From Pseudomonadota bacterium (GTDB lineage: Bacteria; Pseudomonadota; Alphaproteobacteria; Sphingomonadales; Sphingomonadaceae), in contig JAFABD010000099.1 of the NCBI GenBank assembly GCA_023426225.1, forward strand, positions 1 to 53,971: a stretch of DNA of 53,971 bases, in the 5' to 3' direction. The notes beneath the pieces are model-generated. The model searched no databases. It was not told the DNA's origin and was given only the letters and a program-made list of their open reading frames with translations. The stretch's first letter is position 1; each line of letters begins with the position of its first letter. Both the position numbers and the translations under genes were made by a program. Positions 11,540 through 20,030 of the stretch are shown piece by piece.

Positions 11540-12865
11540 ATGCCCGATTTCGCACGATCCGAAGATGCCGCCGTACAGCGGCAGATCGACCGGTTGATGG
11601 CGCTTGGCCCCGGCACCGATGTGCTGGGACTGGAACGCATAACCCAGTTGCTTCAGCGGATCGGTGATCCGCATCGGCGCTTGCCGCCCGTGCTCCATGT
11701 CGCCGGGACCAACGGCAAGGGCTCGACCTGCGCCTATCTGCGGGCGGCGACCGAGGCCGCCGGAATGCGCGCGCACGTTTATTCGAGTCCGCATCTCGTC
11801 CGGTTCAACGAGCGGATCCGAATCGCGGGACGATTGATCGATGATCATCGTCTGGCGTCGCTCCTCGCCGGCGTTCTCGACGCTGGGGGCGATATCGGGG
11901 CGAGCTTCTTCGAAGTGACGACCGCAGCAGCCTTTTTGGCCTTTGCGGAGACGCCCGCAGATGTCTGTATCATCGAGGTTGGCCTTGGCGGACGGCTGGA
12001 CGCCACCAATGTCCTTGCAGACCCCGCAGCGACCGCGATCGCCCAGCTTGGGATCGACCATCAGGCATTTCTCGGCGACACAATCGCGGCCATTGCCTTC
12101 GAGAAGGCGGGCATTGCCAAATCCGGACGGCCGCTGGTGATGCTTGATGCTCCGGCAGAAGCCGTTGCCGTGATCGATGCCCATGCGCACCAAGTGGGCG
12201 CGCCGGTATATCGGGCCGGCGTCGACTGGCACTTCCGCGCGGAAGGAAGCCAACTGATCTATCACGATCGGCACGGGGACCTTTCGACGCCGTTACCGGC
12301 GCTGGCGGGTGTGCACCAGCATGCCAATCTCGCGCTCGCGCTCGCAACGTTGCGGCACCAGGATCGGATCGACGTGCCGGTGGAGGCGCTTCGGTCAGCC
12401 GCCAGCGGCGCACGTTGGCCGGCCCGAATGCAGCGGCTCTCCGCCGGTCCTCTCACCGATCGGCTTGCGCCAGGTACTCCCGTCTGGCTCGACGGCGGAC
12501 ACAATGCCAACGCAGCGGAAGCGCTTGCGGCGGCGATCCGTGCAGCGGCGAACGGGCAACCGATCGCGATCGTGATCGGAATGCTCGCCAACAAGGACGC
12601 AGAAACCATGATGGCGCGGCTGGCCCCGCTTGCAGATCAACTGATCGCAGTGCCGATCGAGGGGCACGCCGCCCACGCTCCGGAAGTGCTTGCCCGGTTG
12701 GCACGGGTCCAAGGCATTCCGGCAATAGGCACGGCAGAGGATGTCGCTGCAGCGCTCGATCACATCGGCGCCAGGCGTGGGACACGCACAGCCCCCGTGC
12801 TCATCTGTGGGTCGCTCTATCTTGCTGGACGCGTGCTGGCGGCAAACAACGAATTGCCCGAGTGA
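11540..12865 (+). CDS. folC: Folylpolyglutamate synthase/dihydrofolate synthase
   Basis: HVAGTNGKGST, SPHLVRFNERI, EVGLGGRLDATN, DGGHN and CGSLYLAG motifs. Confidence 0.96.
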   Translation: MPDFARSEDAAVQRQIDRLMALGPGTDVLGLERITQLLQRIGDPHRRLPPVLHVAGTNGKGSTCAYLRAATEAAGMRAHVYSSPHLVRFNERIRIAGRLIDDHRLASLLAGVLDAGGDIGASFFEVTTAAAFLAFAETPADVCIIEVGLGGRLDATNVLADPAATAIAQLGIDHQAFLGDTIAAIAFEKAGIAKSGRPLVMLDAPAEAVAVIDAHAHQVGAPVYRAGVDWHFRAEGSQLIYHDRHGDLSTPLPALAGVHQHANLALALATLRHQDRIDVPVEALRSAASGARWPARMQRLSAGPLTDRLAPGTPVWLDGGHNANAAEALAAAIRAAANGQPIAIVIGMLANKDAETMMARLAPLADQLIAVPIEGHAAHAPEVLARLARVQGIPAIGTAEDVAAALDHIGARRGTRTAPVLICGSLYLAGRVLAANNELPE

Positions 12866-12869
12866 CATT

Positions 12870-12890
12870 TATTGCGATTGACTCGCAATA
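12870..12890. promoter_or_regulatory. Fur-type iron-regulatory palindrome
   Basis: TATTGCGA-TTGAC-TCGCAATA, a perfect 8-5-8 AT-rich inverted repeat 43 nt upstream of the 12934 ATG. It resembles the TGCGA-N5-TCGCA Fur box of Caulobacter-type alphaproteobacteria. Confidence 0.7.
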
Positions 12891-12933
12891 CCGATGTAGC
12901 AAGTTGGTGGCGTTCGTTTCAGGAGTCGTCCCC

Positions 12934-13365
12934 ATGCTCGCCATCCACTCGCTTGCCGCCGCCCTGCCCGTCGCCCAACCGGATGATGCAGGCGCGCGAC
13001 TGCTCCTGTTCGGAATCCGTCAAATCGGCGCCAATGGTCTAGCCGACGCAGCTGCCGCCCACGCCTTTGTCAGCGCATTCGGCAGGTCATTTCGCCGCCC
13101 GCTGTTGCTGCTGCGGACGCTGATGGGCGAAATCTCTACACATTCGGCCGGCCCCATTCCTATCGCTCCCTGGTGCTGTCCCCGCATGACGGCAGCGGAG
13201 GCGACATTGGTTGCAGCGATCGCGCGGGCACCGGAGAACCCGCGCGGCGCGGCGGTGCTGCTCGCCGATCTGCTGGGCGTCCGGGAGGCAGGTGGAACGG
13301 CGGCGACTGCAGCGTTGCTCGGGCAAGCCTTTGCGGATGCCGGCCTTCCGCTGCCCGAGGCATAA
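12934..13365 (+). CDS. Conserved sphingomonad protein, DUF6628-like
   Basis: AGGAG RBS then MLAIHSLAAALP...AFGRSFRRPLLLLRTLMGE...IAPWCCPRMTAAEA; 143 aa. Family recognised from memory of the motif. Confidence 0.7.
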   Translation: MLAIHSLAAALPVAQPDDAGARLLLFGIRQIGANGLADAAAAHAFVSAFGRSFRRPLLLLRTLMGEISTHSAGPIPIAPWCCPRMTAAEATLVAAIARAPENPRGAAVLLADLLGVREAGGTAATAALLGQAFADAGLPLPEA

Positions 13366-13371
13366 GAAGTC

Positions 13372-13932
13372 TCAGCCGCGCGCGTTCAGCGCGATGCCGG
13401 TGAGCATCCAGCGAAAACCACGCAAACGAAACTCGAGCGTCGGGGAGCCTTGTTGCTGTGGGCGAACGATGAAACGGTCGATCGCGGCATGATCAAGGCG
13501 CATTTGGTTCGGGGCCGCATCGCCGCCGGCGTCGAACGTCGCCGTTGCCAGACCAGCGCGGCCCAACAACATCTGCATGCCGTGTGGAGTCACCATCGCT
13601 TCGATCGCAGGGTCGGCGAGTTGTCCGGCCAATGCGCGTCCGGCATTGCCCAGTGGCGAGCCGTCGGAGTCTCGCGCCATCCAGCTTTGCACCTCCGTCC
13701 GCAGACTCGCGCGGACCGCCGGATAGTCGACATGTGCGGAGACGGTGCGCGCATCGTCCTCGCGCACGGCATTCTGGAGCGTTCGCAGCGTCCAGTAAGG
13801 CGATAGCCACAACCAGGCGCCGACCGCCGCGACCGCAAGCATGAGGAGCAGCACGATCGCCCAGCGCGCCTTCGGCCTTCGCGCAATCCCAAAATCGTCA
13901 ATCCTTCCGGGTGGAGGCTGATGGCGCGACAT
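13372..13932 (-). CDS. DUF2939 family membrane-anchored protein
   Basis: TM helix followed by SPYWTL...DARTVSAHVDYPAVRASLR; C-terminal FRLRGFRWMLTGI. Confidence 0.8.
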   Translation of the reverse strand: MSRHQPPPGRIDDFGIARRPKARWAIVLLLMLAVAAVGAWLWLSPYWTLRTLQNAVREDDARTVSAHVDYPAVRASLRTEVQSWMARDSDGSPLGNAGRALAGQLADPAIEAMVTPHGMQMLLGRAGLATATFDAGGDAAPNQMRLDHAAIDRFIVRPQQQGSPTLEFRLRGFRWMLTGIALNARG

Positions 13933-14022
13933 GAATATACCCTCGCATTCTACAAACTGCCGCCAATGCGTTCGCCATCAACGCGTGCGGGCGGCAGCAA
14001 GGTCCGAAGGAAGGATAGCGGC

Positions 14023-15687
14023 TCAGGCGACCACTTCGGCTTGGCGCCTCTCCCGCCGTGCTGTCAGCCGCTCGCGCGCCCACTCGGCCAGAACGAAGAA
14101 CACCGCGATCAGCCCCAGAACCGCCGTGAAGACAAAAACGGGTGCATAGCCCTGGGTCTTGATCGCATCACCGAGCGCCGCACGTCCCAACGACCCCAGC
14201 AAAAGGGTCATCGAGGACAGAAGGGCGTACTGGACGGCGCTATAGGTCCGGCTGGTAATCGCGGAGAGATAGGCGACGAACGCGGCACCCGCGAGTCCTC
14301 CGGCAATGTTCTCGCCGGAAATGGCGATCAGCAGACGGAGAATCCTGGCATCGGGGACGAGCATTGCGAGCCCGGTCAACCGGGCAAAACCGTCGATCCA
14401 GACCGCTCCAGAGGCGAGGTCGGCATAGAGCAGATTGGTCAATGCCGCGAGGATCGCCCCGACCATCAATGTCGGCATGCGTCCCAACGTCACGAACATC
14501 ACCCCGCCCAGCGAGATTCCGGCAATCGTCATCCCCACGCCGAAGATCTTGGAAGCGAACGCAACCTCATCCTTCGAATAATGGAGCGCATCGAGGTAAA
14601 AGGGATAGGCGAAAGGTCCCCAGATCGAATCGCACAGGCGATAGCTGAGGATCAACCCAAGCACGACGATCATCCCCCAGCCCAACCTGCTGGTCAGATC
14701 CGACAGCGGCAGGACAAGCGCCGCATAACCATGGCGGACAAGCATCGACCCCGCCTGTGCATCGCCGCGCGACGTAATCGGCCGACGCGCCTTGAGCGCA
14801 TTCGCGGCGGCAGCGACGATCGTCGGCACGACAATCGTTGCAATGATGATCCAAGGCCCGACATAGCGCGTGAAGTCGAGGACATTGGGAGCACCAGGCG
14901 CACCGGCCGGCGTCACGAGCGCGCGGACCATGAAGTCCCCGATCGTCCAGATCGCCCATGCCCAGCCGAGGCCGACGACACTCAGGGCGATCAGGCGTGT
15001 ACGCGGGTCCGCCATTGCCGCATCCTGCGCGCCCTCACCCGTTATCGCTTCCGGGCGCGGCGTATCGGGAGCGAGGAAGGTCACCGCCATGGCGACCAGC
15101 ATCAGGCATCCCATGATCGTGTAAACAGCCGGCCAACTGATCCGGCTGGCCAGTACCAGGGCGAGCGCACCGCCGACCAGCGCCGCGATACGATACCCGA
15201 TCTGCCAGATCGACGACAGGATACCGACGGTCGCGACCTCATCCGCGACATCGATGCGCCAGGCGTCGATCGCGACATCCTGCGTCGCGGAAGCGAAGGC
15301 GGCGAGCACGGCAACCAGGGCAAAGGTGCCGATCGCGGCGACAGGGCTGGTTGCGGCCAACAGGAAAAATGCCGCGACGATCATCAACTGGCACAGCAAG
15401 ATCCAGCTCCGTCGCCGCCCCAGCCGTTCCAGCCCGGGCAGCGGCAATCGGTCGACGAGCGGCGACCACAGGAATTTGAAGGCGTAGGCCAGCCCCATCC
15501 AGGAGAGGATCCCGATGGTTGCAAGGTCAACGCGCGCATCCGCCAGCCAGGCGTTGAGCGTCCCGAGCAGGAGGCTGAAGGGAAGGCCGGAAGCGAAGCC
15601 GAATACCAGCATGACGCCGGTTTTCCGATTGCGTAGCGCCATGGTCAGCAGCGCCAGTCCAGCTGGCTGTTTGGTATTTTCCGTCAC
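14023..15687 (-). CDS. ampG: AmpG family muropeptide MFS permease
   Basis: FGFASGLP, AFKFLWSPLVD, LGRRRSW, SATQDVAIDAWRI and YSAVQYALLSS motifs; start GTG 15687 or ATG 15711. Confidence 0.9.
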   Translation of the reverse strand: MTENTKQPAGLALLTMALRNRKTGVMLVFGFASGLPFSLLLGTLNAWLADARVDLATIGILSWMGLAYAFKFLWSPLVDRLPLPGLERLGRRRSWILLCQLMIVAAFFLLAATSPVAAIGTFALVAVLAAFASATQDVAIDAWRIDVADEVATVGILSSIWQIGYRIAALVGGALALVLASRISWPAVYTIMGCLMLVAMAVTFLAPDTPRPEAITGEGAQDAAMADPRTRLIALSVVGLGWAWAIWTIGDFMVRALVTPAGAPGAPNVLDFTRYVGPWIIIATIVVPTIVAAAANALKARRPITSRGDAQAGSMLVRHGYAALVLPLSDLTSRLGWGMIVVLGLILSYRLCDSIWGPFAYPFYLDALHYSKDEVAFASKIFGVGMTIAGISLGGVMFVTLGRMPTLMVGAILAALTNLLYADLASGAVWIDGFARLTGLAMLVPDARILRLLIAISGENIAGGLAGAAFVAYLSAITSRTYSAVQYALLSSMTLLLGSLGRAALGDAIKTQGYAPVFVFTAVLGLIAVFFVLAEWARERLTARRERRQAEVVA

Positions 15688-15913
15688 TCGGCGCCCCCGC
15701 GCTCCTGTCATTGGCCTTGCGGCATTCGTTTAACCGTGCGGCGCTGACGCTAGAAGCTTCTGGAGCCAAAGCCTAGACGCGATACTCTTCGCGGATGCCT
15801 CAACGGGCTAAACGTCGGTTTTCTAAGGGATTGCCCGATACGGCGAACACGCGAGGAGAATTGGAAATCATTCGGGCTTATACAAAACGGATTGCCCGAC
15901 TGGAGTGTTCGTG

Positions 15914-16060
15914 ATGCATGTGCCGTTGGAACGCCTGAATGGTCAGCCGCTCGCGCCCGCCGAGTCCAGCCGTTGGCCCCGCTCGCTGGGGTTCCTGTTT
16001 GCGGTCGCCCTGTCATTGGTGATGTGGGCGATCATTCTGGGGTTGATCCTGTTCGCCTGA
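15914..16060 (+). CDS. Small (48 aa) single-pass membrane protein
   Basis: GGAG RBS at 15902-15905, then MHVPLERLNGQPLAPAESSRWPRSLGFLFAVALSLVMWAIILGLILFA*. Absent from the ORF track; fills the intergenic gap. Confidence 0.6.
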   Translation: MHVPLERLNGQPLAPAESSRWPRSLGFLFAVALSLVMWAIILGLILFA

Positions 16061-16069
16061 AGATGGAGT

Positions 16070-16501
16070 TCAGCCGGGCACGAACAATGTGAACGTGGGC
16101 GGCAGCCTTGAAACCGTCTCACCCGACCGAACGCGACGAATGATCTCGATCGCTTCGACCAGATCACGCTGCGGATAGGGTTTTGTCAGGCAACCTGCGG
16201 CCATTCGATGTGCGGCTTCGGGTAGATTTCCGGTAACGAACAACACTTCGATCGCGTTTTCCCGCGCCGCCTCGGCAACGGCGAGTCCCGTACCGTCGGC
16301 CAACCCGATATCCACGAGCACAAGATCAATGCCGTCGTCCGCCTCGATCGCAGCCAATGCGGTCGCTACCGAATCGACCGTTGCGGCGATCGAGTATCCT
16401 TCGGTCACCAGAAAGTGTTCGGTGTCGAACGCAATCAGCGGTTCATCCTCGACAATCAGGATGCGCGCCGCTCGTGCTTTGCGCCTCGCGAACAGCTTCA
16501 C
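16070..16501 (-). CDS. Single-domain response regulator (PhyR-like receiver)
   Basis: ILIVEDEPLIA, phospho-Asp in LVLVDIGLADG, LFVTGN and LTKPY; GGAGGA RBS before GTG 16501. Confidence 0.9.
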   Translation of the reverse strand: MKLFARRKARAARILIVEDEPLIAFDTEHFLVTEGYSIAATVDSVATALAAIEADDGIDLVLVDIGLADGTGLAVAEAARENAIEVLFVTGNLPEAAHRMAAGCLTKPYPQRDLVEAIEIIRRVRSGETVSRLPPTFTLFVPG

Positions 16502-16602
16502 CGGTCCTCCCCGTTCCAAACGCCCGCCGCGTTCAACGAGAAAAGCACGAGTTCGGCCGCATTAATTTTTGATCGATGCGACAAAGCGGCTATATCGCCG
16601 CG

Positions 16603-17814
16603 GTGAACGCCACCACTACCCGCAAAACCACCCGCGAGCCCCAGCGCATCGCGAAATTGCTCGCGCGTGCGGGCATTGCCTCACGCCGTGAAATCGAACG
16701 CATGATTGCCGAAGGTCGTATCGCGATCGACGGCAAGCTGGTCGATACGCCCGCGACCCTGCTTATCTCGCTTCGCGGCGTGACGGTCGACGGCAATCCC
16801 GTCGCGGCGCCTGCGCCCGCGCGCCTTTTCCTTTTCCACAAGCCCGCGGGCGTGCTGACCACCGAACGAGACCCCAAGGGCCGGCGGACGATCTATGACG
16901 TGCTGCCTGACGATCTTCCCCGCCTCGTTCCCGTCGGCCGTCTCGACCTCAACACTGAGGGGCTGCTGTTGATGACGACCGATGGGGAACTCAAGCGTCA
17001 GCTTGAGCTTCCGGCGACCGGCATCGAACGCAGCTATCGCGCCCGCGCCTTTGGACCGGTCACGCAGGACGCGCTCGAATCGCTGAGCGAAGGTGTCGAG
17101 ATCGAGGGCATCCGCTATGGCTCGATCGACGCCAATCTGGAACGCCGCACGGGTGCCAACAGCTGGATCGAACTCACGCTGACCGAAGGCAAGAACCGCG
17201 AGGTCCGGCGCGTGCTGGAATATCTGGGCCTTGAGGTCAGCCGTCTGATCCGCACCCGTTACGGCCCGTTCGTCCTTGCCGACTTGCCGTCCGGTGCCAT
17301 TGGCGAGGTTCGCCAGCACGATCTGGTGGCCTTTCGGAAGACGCTGAAGCTGCCGGCGACAGCGCGACGCTATGATCCCGTGATGGTCCGCCCCACTCCC
17401 GCAGCGGAGGCTCCCCAGGCCACAGCTGAGGAAGTTGTCGCGAAGCCCGGACGCGCGACGCCGCGCGGAGCGCCTCGCAAGACGTCTGCCGATGGTGTCC
17501 AGAAGCCGGCGCGCGCCGCACGTGCCCGCGCGCATCGCGAGGCACGCGCGGACGAGGCGGGTGTGGCACCCGCCGCTGGACCTCGTCGGACTCTGTCGTC
17601 GCGCCCGCGCAGTGACGCTGCGCTGGCCGAGGGTACGGCGAGAGCCGATCGTTCCCGCGCGGAGGGACGCAAGGCAACCGGCGCCAGCTCTGCCGCCTCG
17701 AGCAGGGAGCGTAGCCCGGCCGGCTCGCCGCGTTCAGATCGTCCGATGCGTGGACGGCCCGGGGGTCCTGCCAAACCACGGGGACCGCGCCCACCGCGGG
17801 GACCGCGCGCGTGA
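16603..17814 (+). CDS. rluB: rRNA pseudouridine synthase (RluB/RsuA family) with a long basic C-terminal tail
   Basis: S4 domain RIAKLLARAGIASRRE, HKPAG, VGRLDLNTEGLLL, EGKNREVRR. GTG 16603 lies 6 nt after a GCTATATC -10-like box. Confidence 0.9.
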   Translation: MNATTTRKTTREPQRIAKLLARAGIASRREIERMIAEGRIAIDGKLVDTPATLLISLRGVTVDGNPVAAPAPARLFLFHKPAGVLTTERDPKGRRTIYDVLPDDLPRLVPVGRLDLNTEGLLLMTTDGELKRQLELPATGIERSYRARAFGPVTQDALESLSEGVEIEGIRYGSIDANLERRTGANSWIELTLTEGKNREVRRVLEYLGLEVSRLIRTRYGPFVLADLPSGAIGEVRQHDLVAFRKTLKLPATARRYDPVMVRPTPAAEAPQATAEEVVAKPGRATPRGAPRKTSADGVQKPARAARARAHREARADEAGVAPAAGPRRTLSSRPRSDAALAEGTARADRSRAEGRKATGASSAASSRERSPAGSPRSDRPMRGRPGGPAKPRGPRPPRGPRA

Positions 17815-18356
17815 GGATCATCGCCGGACAGTGGCGCGGACGTCCGCTCATCGCACCCAAGACCGAGGCGACCCGCCCCACCGCAGATCGCACCCGGGAA
17901 GCCTTGTTCTCGATGCTGACCAGCCGCATTGGCAGCTTCGAGGGATTGGCCGTCGCCGACCTGTTCGCCGGATCGGGGGCCCTCGGCCTCGAGGCATTGT
18001 CGCGTGGGGCGGACTCCTGCCTGTTCGTCGAGCAAGACCGGGCCGCGCTGGACGCAATACGTGCCAATATTGCCAAACTCGGCGCACGCGGCACCGACGT
18101 CCGTGCGACCTCAGTGCTCGCGCTAGGGCCTGCGCATAAGCCGCTCGACCTGGTGATGATGGACCCGCCCTATGGCAGCGGTGCGGGTGCGGTCGCACTG
18201 GACAAGCTTGCACGGCTGGGCTGGATCGGCCCGAACACATGGGTCAGCATCGAAACCGCACGTGACGAAGCGATTTCGGTAAGCGGCTTTGCGTCGGAGG
18301 CCGACCGCGTGCATGGCAAGGCACGGCTGATCCTCCTGCGCGCGATCGCCGACTGA
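17811..18356 (+). CDS. rsmD: 16S rRNA (guanine966-N2)-methyltransferase
   Basis: MRIIAGQWRGR, TRPTADRTREALF, DLFAGSGALGLEALSRGA and DPPY motifs. Confidence 0.95.
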   Translation: MRIIAGQWRGRPLIAPKTEATRPTADRTREALFSMLTSRIGSFEGLAVADLFAGSGALGLEALSRGADSCLFVEQDRAALDAIRANIAKLGARGTDVRATSVLALGPAHKPLDLVMMDPPYGSGAGAVALDKLARLGWIGPNTWVSIETARDEAISVSGFASEADRVHGKARLILLRAIAD

Positions 18357-18361
18357 CGCGA

Positions 18362-19633
18362 TCAACCGCGCGGGCGATGAAGGGCGGTGGCAGCAAGTCC
18401 CACCAGGCTGAGCAGTCCCGCTCCCGCTAGGTAAGCGCCGACCTGCCCCAGTCCGCCCCTTTGGACGAGCGTTTCGGCAATCAGCGGCGTCAGCCCGCCG
18501 CCGATGATCCCCCCGATGTTGAAGGTGACTGAAACGCCGGTGTAGCGGACCCTCGGCGGAAACAGACTGGGCAGCCAGCCGCCGAGCGGGCCGTATACAA
18601 AGCCCATCGTGAACAGTGCAAAGGCCAGCCAGACGAAGACGCGCGTTTCAGCGCCGGGCAGGAGCAGCACGGGCATCGCAGCGCCCACAGCGACGGTGAC
18701 GATACAGCCGAGGGCAAGGACACGTTCGGCAGTGCCCCGGTCGGCACCATAGCTTGCCAGACCGATTCCTGCCGCCATGAACAGGATGGCGCCAAGTTCC
18801 AGCCCGAGAAATGCCTCGCGCCCAAAGCCCAGCGTCTTCGTTGCATGACCGATGATGAACACCGTCGCGACATAGAAGAGCGCAAAGCACGCCACGGTTC
18901 CGATCGTACCAGCAAAGGTGGGTAGGCAGTGCCGCCGCAGCAGTTCTCCGATCGGTACGCGCGGGGGCGGCGACGCGCGATTGGCTTCGATAAAGGCCGG
19001 GGTCTCGGTCAGCTTGATCCGCACCCACAACCCCAAGGCGACAAGCGCCGCCGAAGCAAGGAACGGCAGGCGCCATCCCCAATCGCGAAACTGCGTCTCG
19101 TTCAGCACCGCACCGAGAAACAGGAAGAAACCGTTGGCAAAGATGAATCCCACGGGAGCCCCGAGCGGCGGGAAGCTGCCATATCGATAGGTCCAGCCCG
19201 GGGGCGCGTTTTCCACTGCCAGCAGCGACGCTCCGCCCCATTCGCCGCCCAGCCCAAGCCCTTGCCCGAAGCGCAGGAGGCAAAGAAGCAACGGCGCCAC
19301 CCACCCGATCATCGCATAACTCGGCAGAAACGCGATCAATACGGTTGATAGCCCCATGAGCATCAACGAGGCGACCAGCGTCGACTTACGTCCCAATCGG
19401 TCGCCAAAATGACCGAAGACGAGCCCGCCCAGCGGTCGTGCGAAAAAGGCGACGCTGAAACTGGCATAGGACAACATCTGCCGAATCGCAGGATCGCTTG
19501 CCGGAAAAAACAACGTTGGGAACACGAGCGCGGCCGCCGTCGCATAGATATAGAAATCATAGAATTCGACCGACGTGCCAACCAGGCTGGCGAACAGAAT
19601 TCGCCGGTGCGACGCGGATTTGGTTCCGTTCAA
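18362..19633 (-). CDS. MFS metabolite:H+ symporter (MHS/ShiA-like)
   Basis: GTSVEFYDFYIY, FGHFGDRLGRK, GLGGEWGGA and WGWRLPF motifs. Confidence 0.92.
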   Translation of the reverse strand: MNGTKSASHRRILFASLVGTSVEFYDFYIYATAAALVFPTLFFPASDPAIRQMLSYASFSVAFFARPLGGLVFGHFGDRLGRKSTLVASLMLMGLSTVLIAFLPSYAMIGWVAPLLLCLLRFGQGLGLGGEWGGASLLAVENAPPGWTYRYGSFPPLGAPVGFIFANGFFLFLGAVLNETQFRDWGWRLPFLASAALVALGLWVRIKLTETPAFIEANRASPPPRVPIGELLRRHCLPTFAGTIGTVACFALFYVATVFIIGHATKTLGFGREAFLGLELGAILFMAAGIGLASYGADRGTAERVLALGCIVTVAVGAAMPVLLLPGAETRVFVWLAFALFTMGFVYGPLGGWLPSLFPPRVRYTGVSVTFNIGGIIGGGLTPLIAETLVQRGGLGQVGAYLAGAGLLSLVGLAATALHRPRG

Positions 19634-19763
19634 GCTCGTCTCCCCTCTGCCACCATTTATGGCAGATCGGGCATTCCGGCGCCACGGCGTTCATCGAACC
19701 GTCAGTTTCGGTTGCGTAGCAAGGCAGCATCCCATCCGAACCGGCAGCAAAGGGAGACGGTCG

Positions 19764-19964
19764 ATGCAGGATCAGCAATCAGCAGGGCGTCGCTTCGTGA
19801 CCGGCAGCCTTTTCGCGCTTCTGGCAGGTTTTCTGGTTTCGCTGGGCAACCCGGTGGATGCGCTCAAGAGCCAGTTGCGGCACGATACACACCAGATGCA
19901 GACCGACCTGAAATTGGCGGCGCGTACGCTTGAGCGCCTCTATTCGGATTCGATCCGCGCCTGA
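19764..19964 (+). CDS. Small (66 aa) hypothetical membrane-anchored protein
   Basis: AGGGAG RBS; MQDQQSAGRRFVTGSLFALLAGFLVSLGNPVDALKSQLRHDTHQMQTDLKLAARTLERLYSDSIRA; followed by a terminator. Confidence 0.65.
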   Translation: MQDQQSAGRRFVTGSLFALLAGFLVSLGNPVDALKSQLRHDTHQMQTDLKLAARTLERLYSDSIRA

Positions 19965-19974
19965 TCGCCATGAC

Positions 19975-20005
19975 AAAGGGGGCGCGGCACCGCCACGCCC
20001 CCTTT
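19975..20005. terminator. Bidirectional intrinsic terminator
   Basis: AAAGGGGGCG...CGCCCCCTTT inverted repeat between convergent genes. Confidence 0.8.
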
Positions 20006-20030
20006 GCGGAAGAACCGGCAGGTGCCGCGT

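Noticed and set aside
19695..19720. EcfG (GGAAC-N16/17-CGTT) promoter for the 66-aa gene
   Set aside because: The sequence is CGAAC-N15-CGTA, with mismatches in both boxes and a short spacer.
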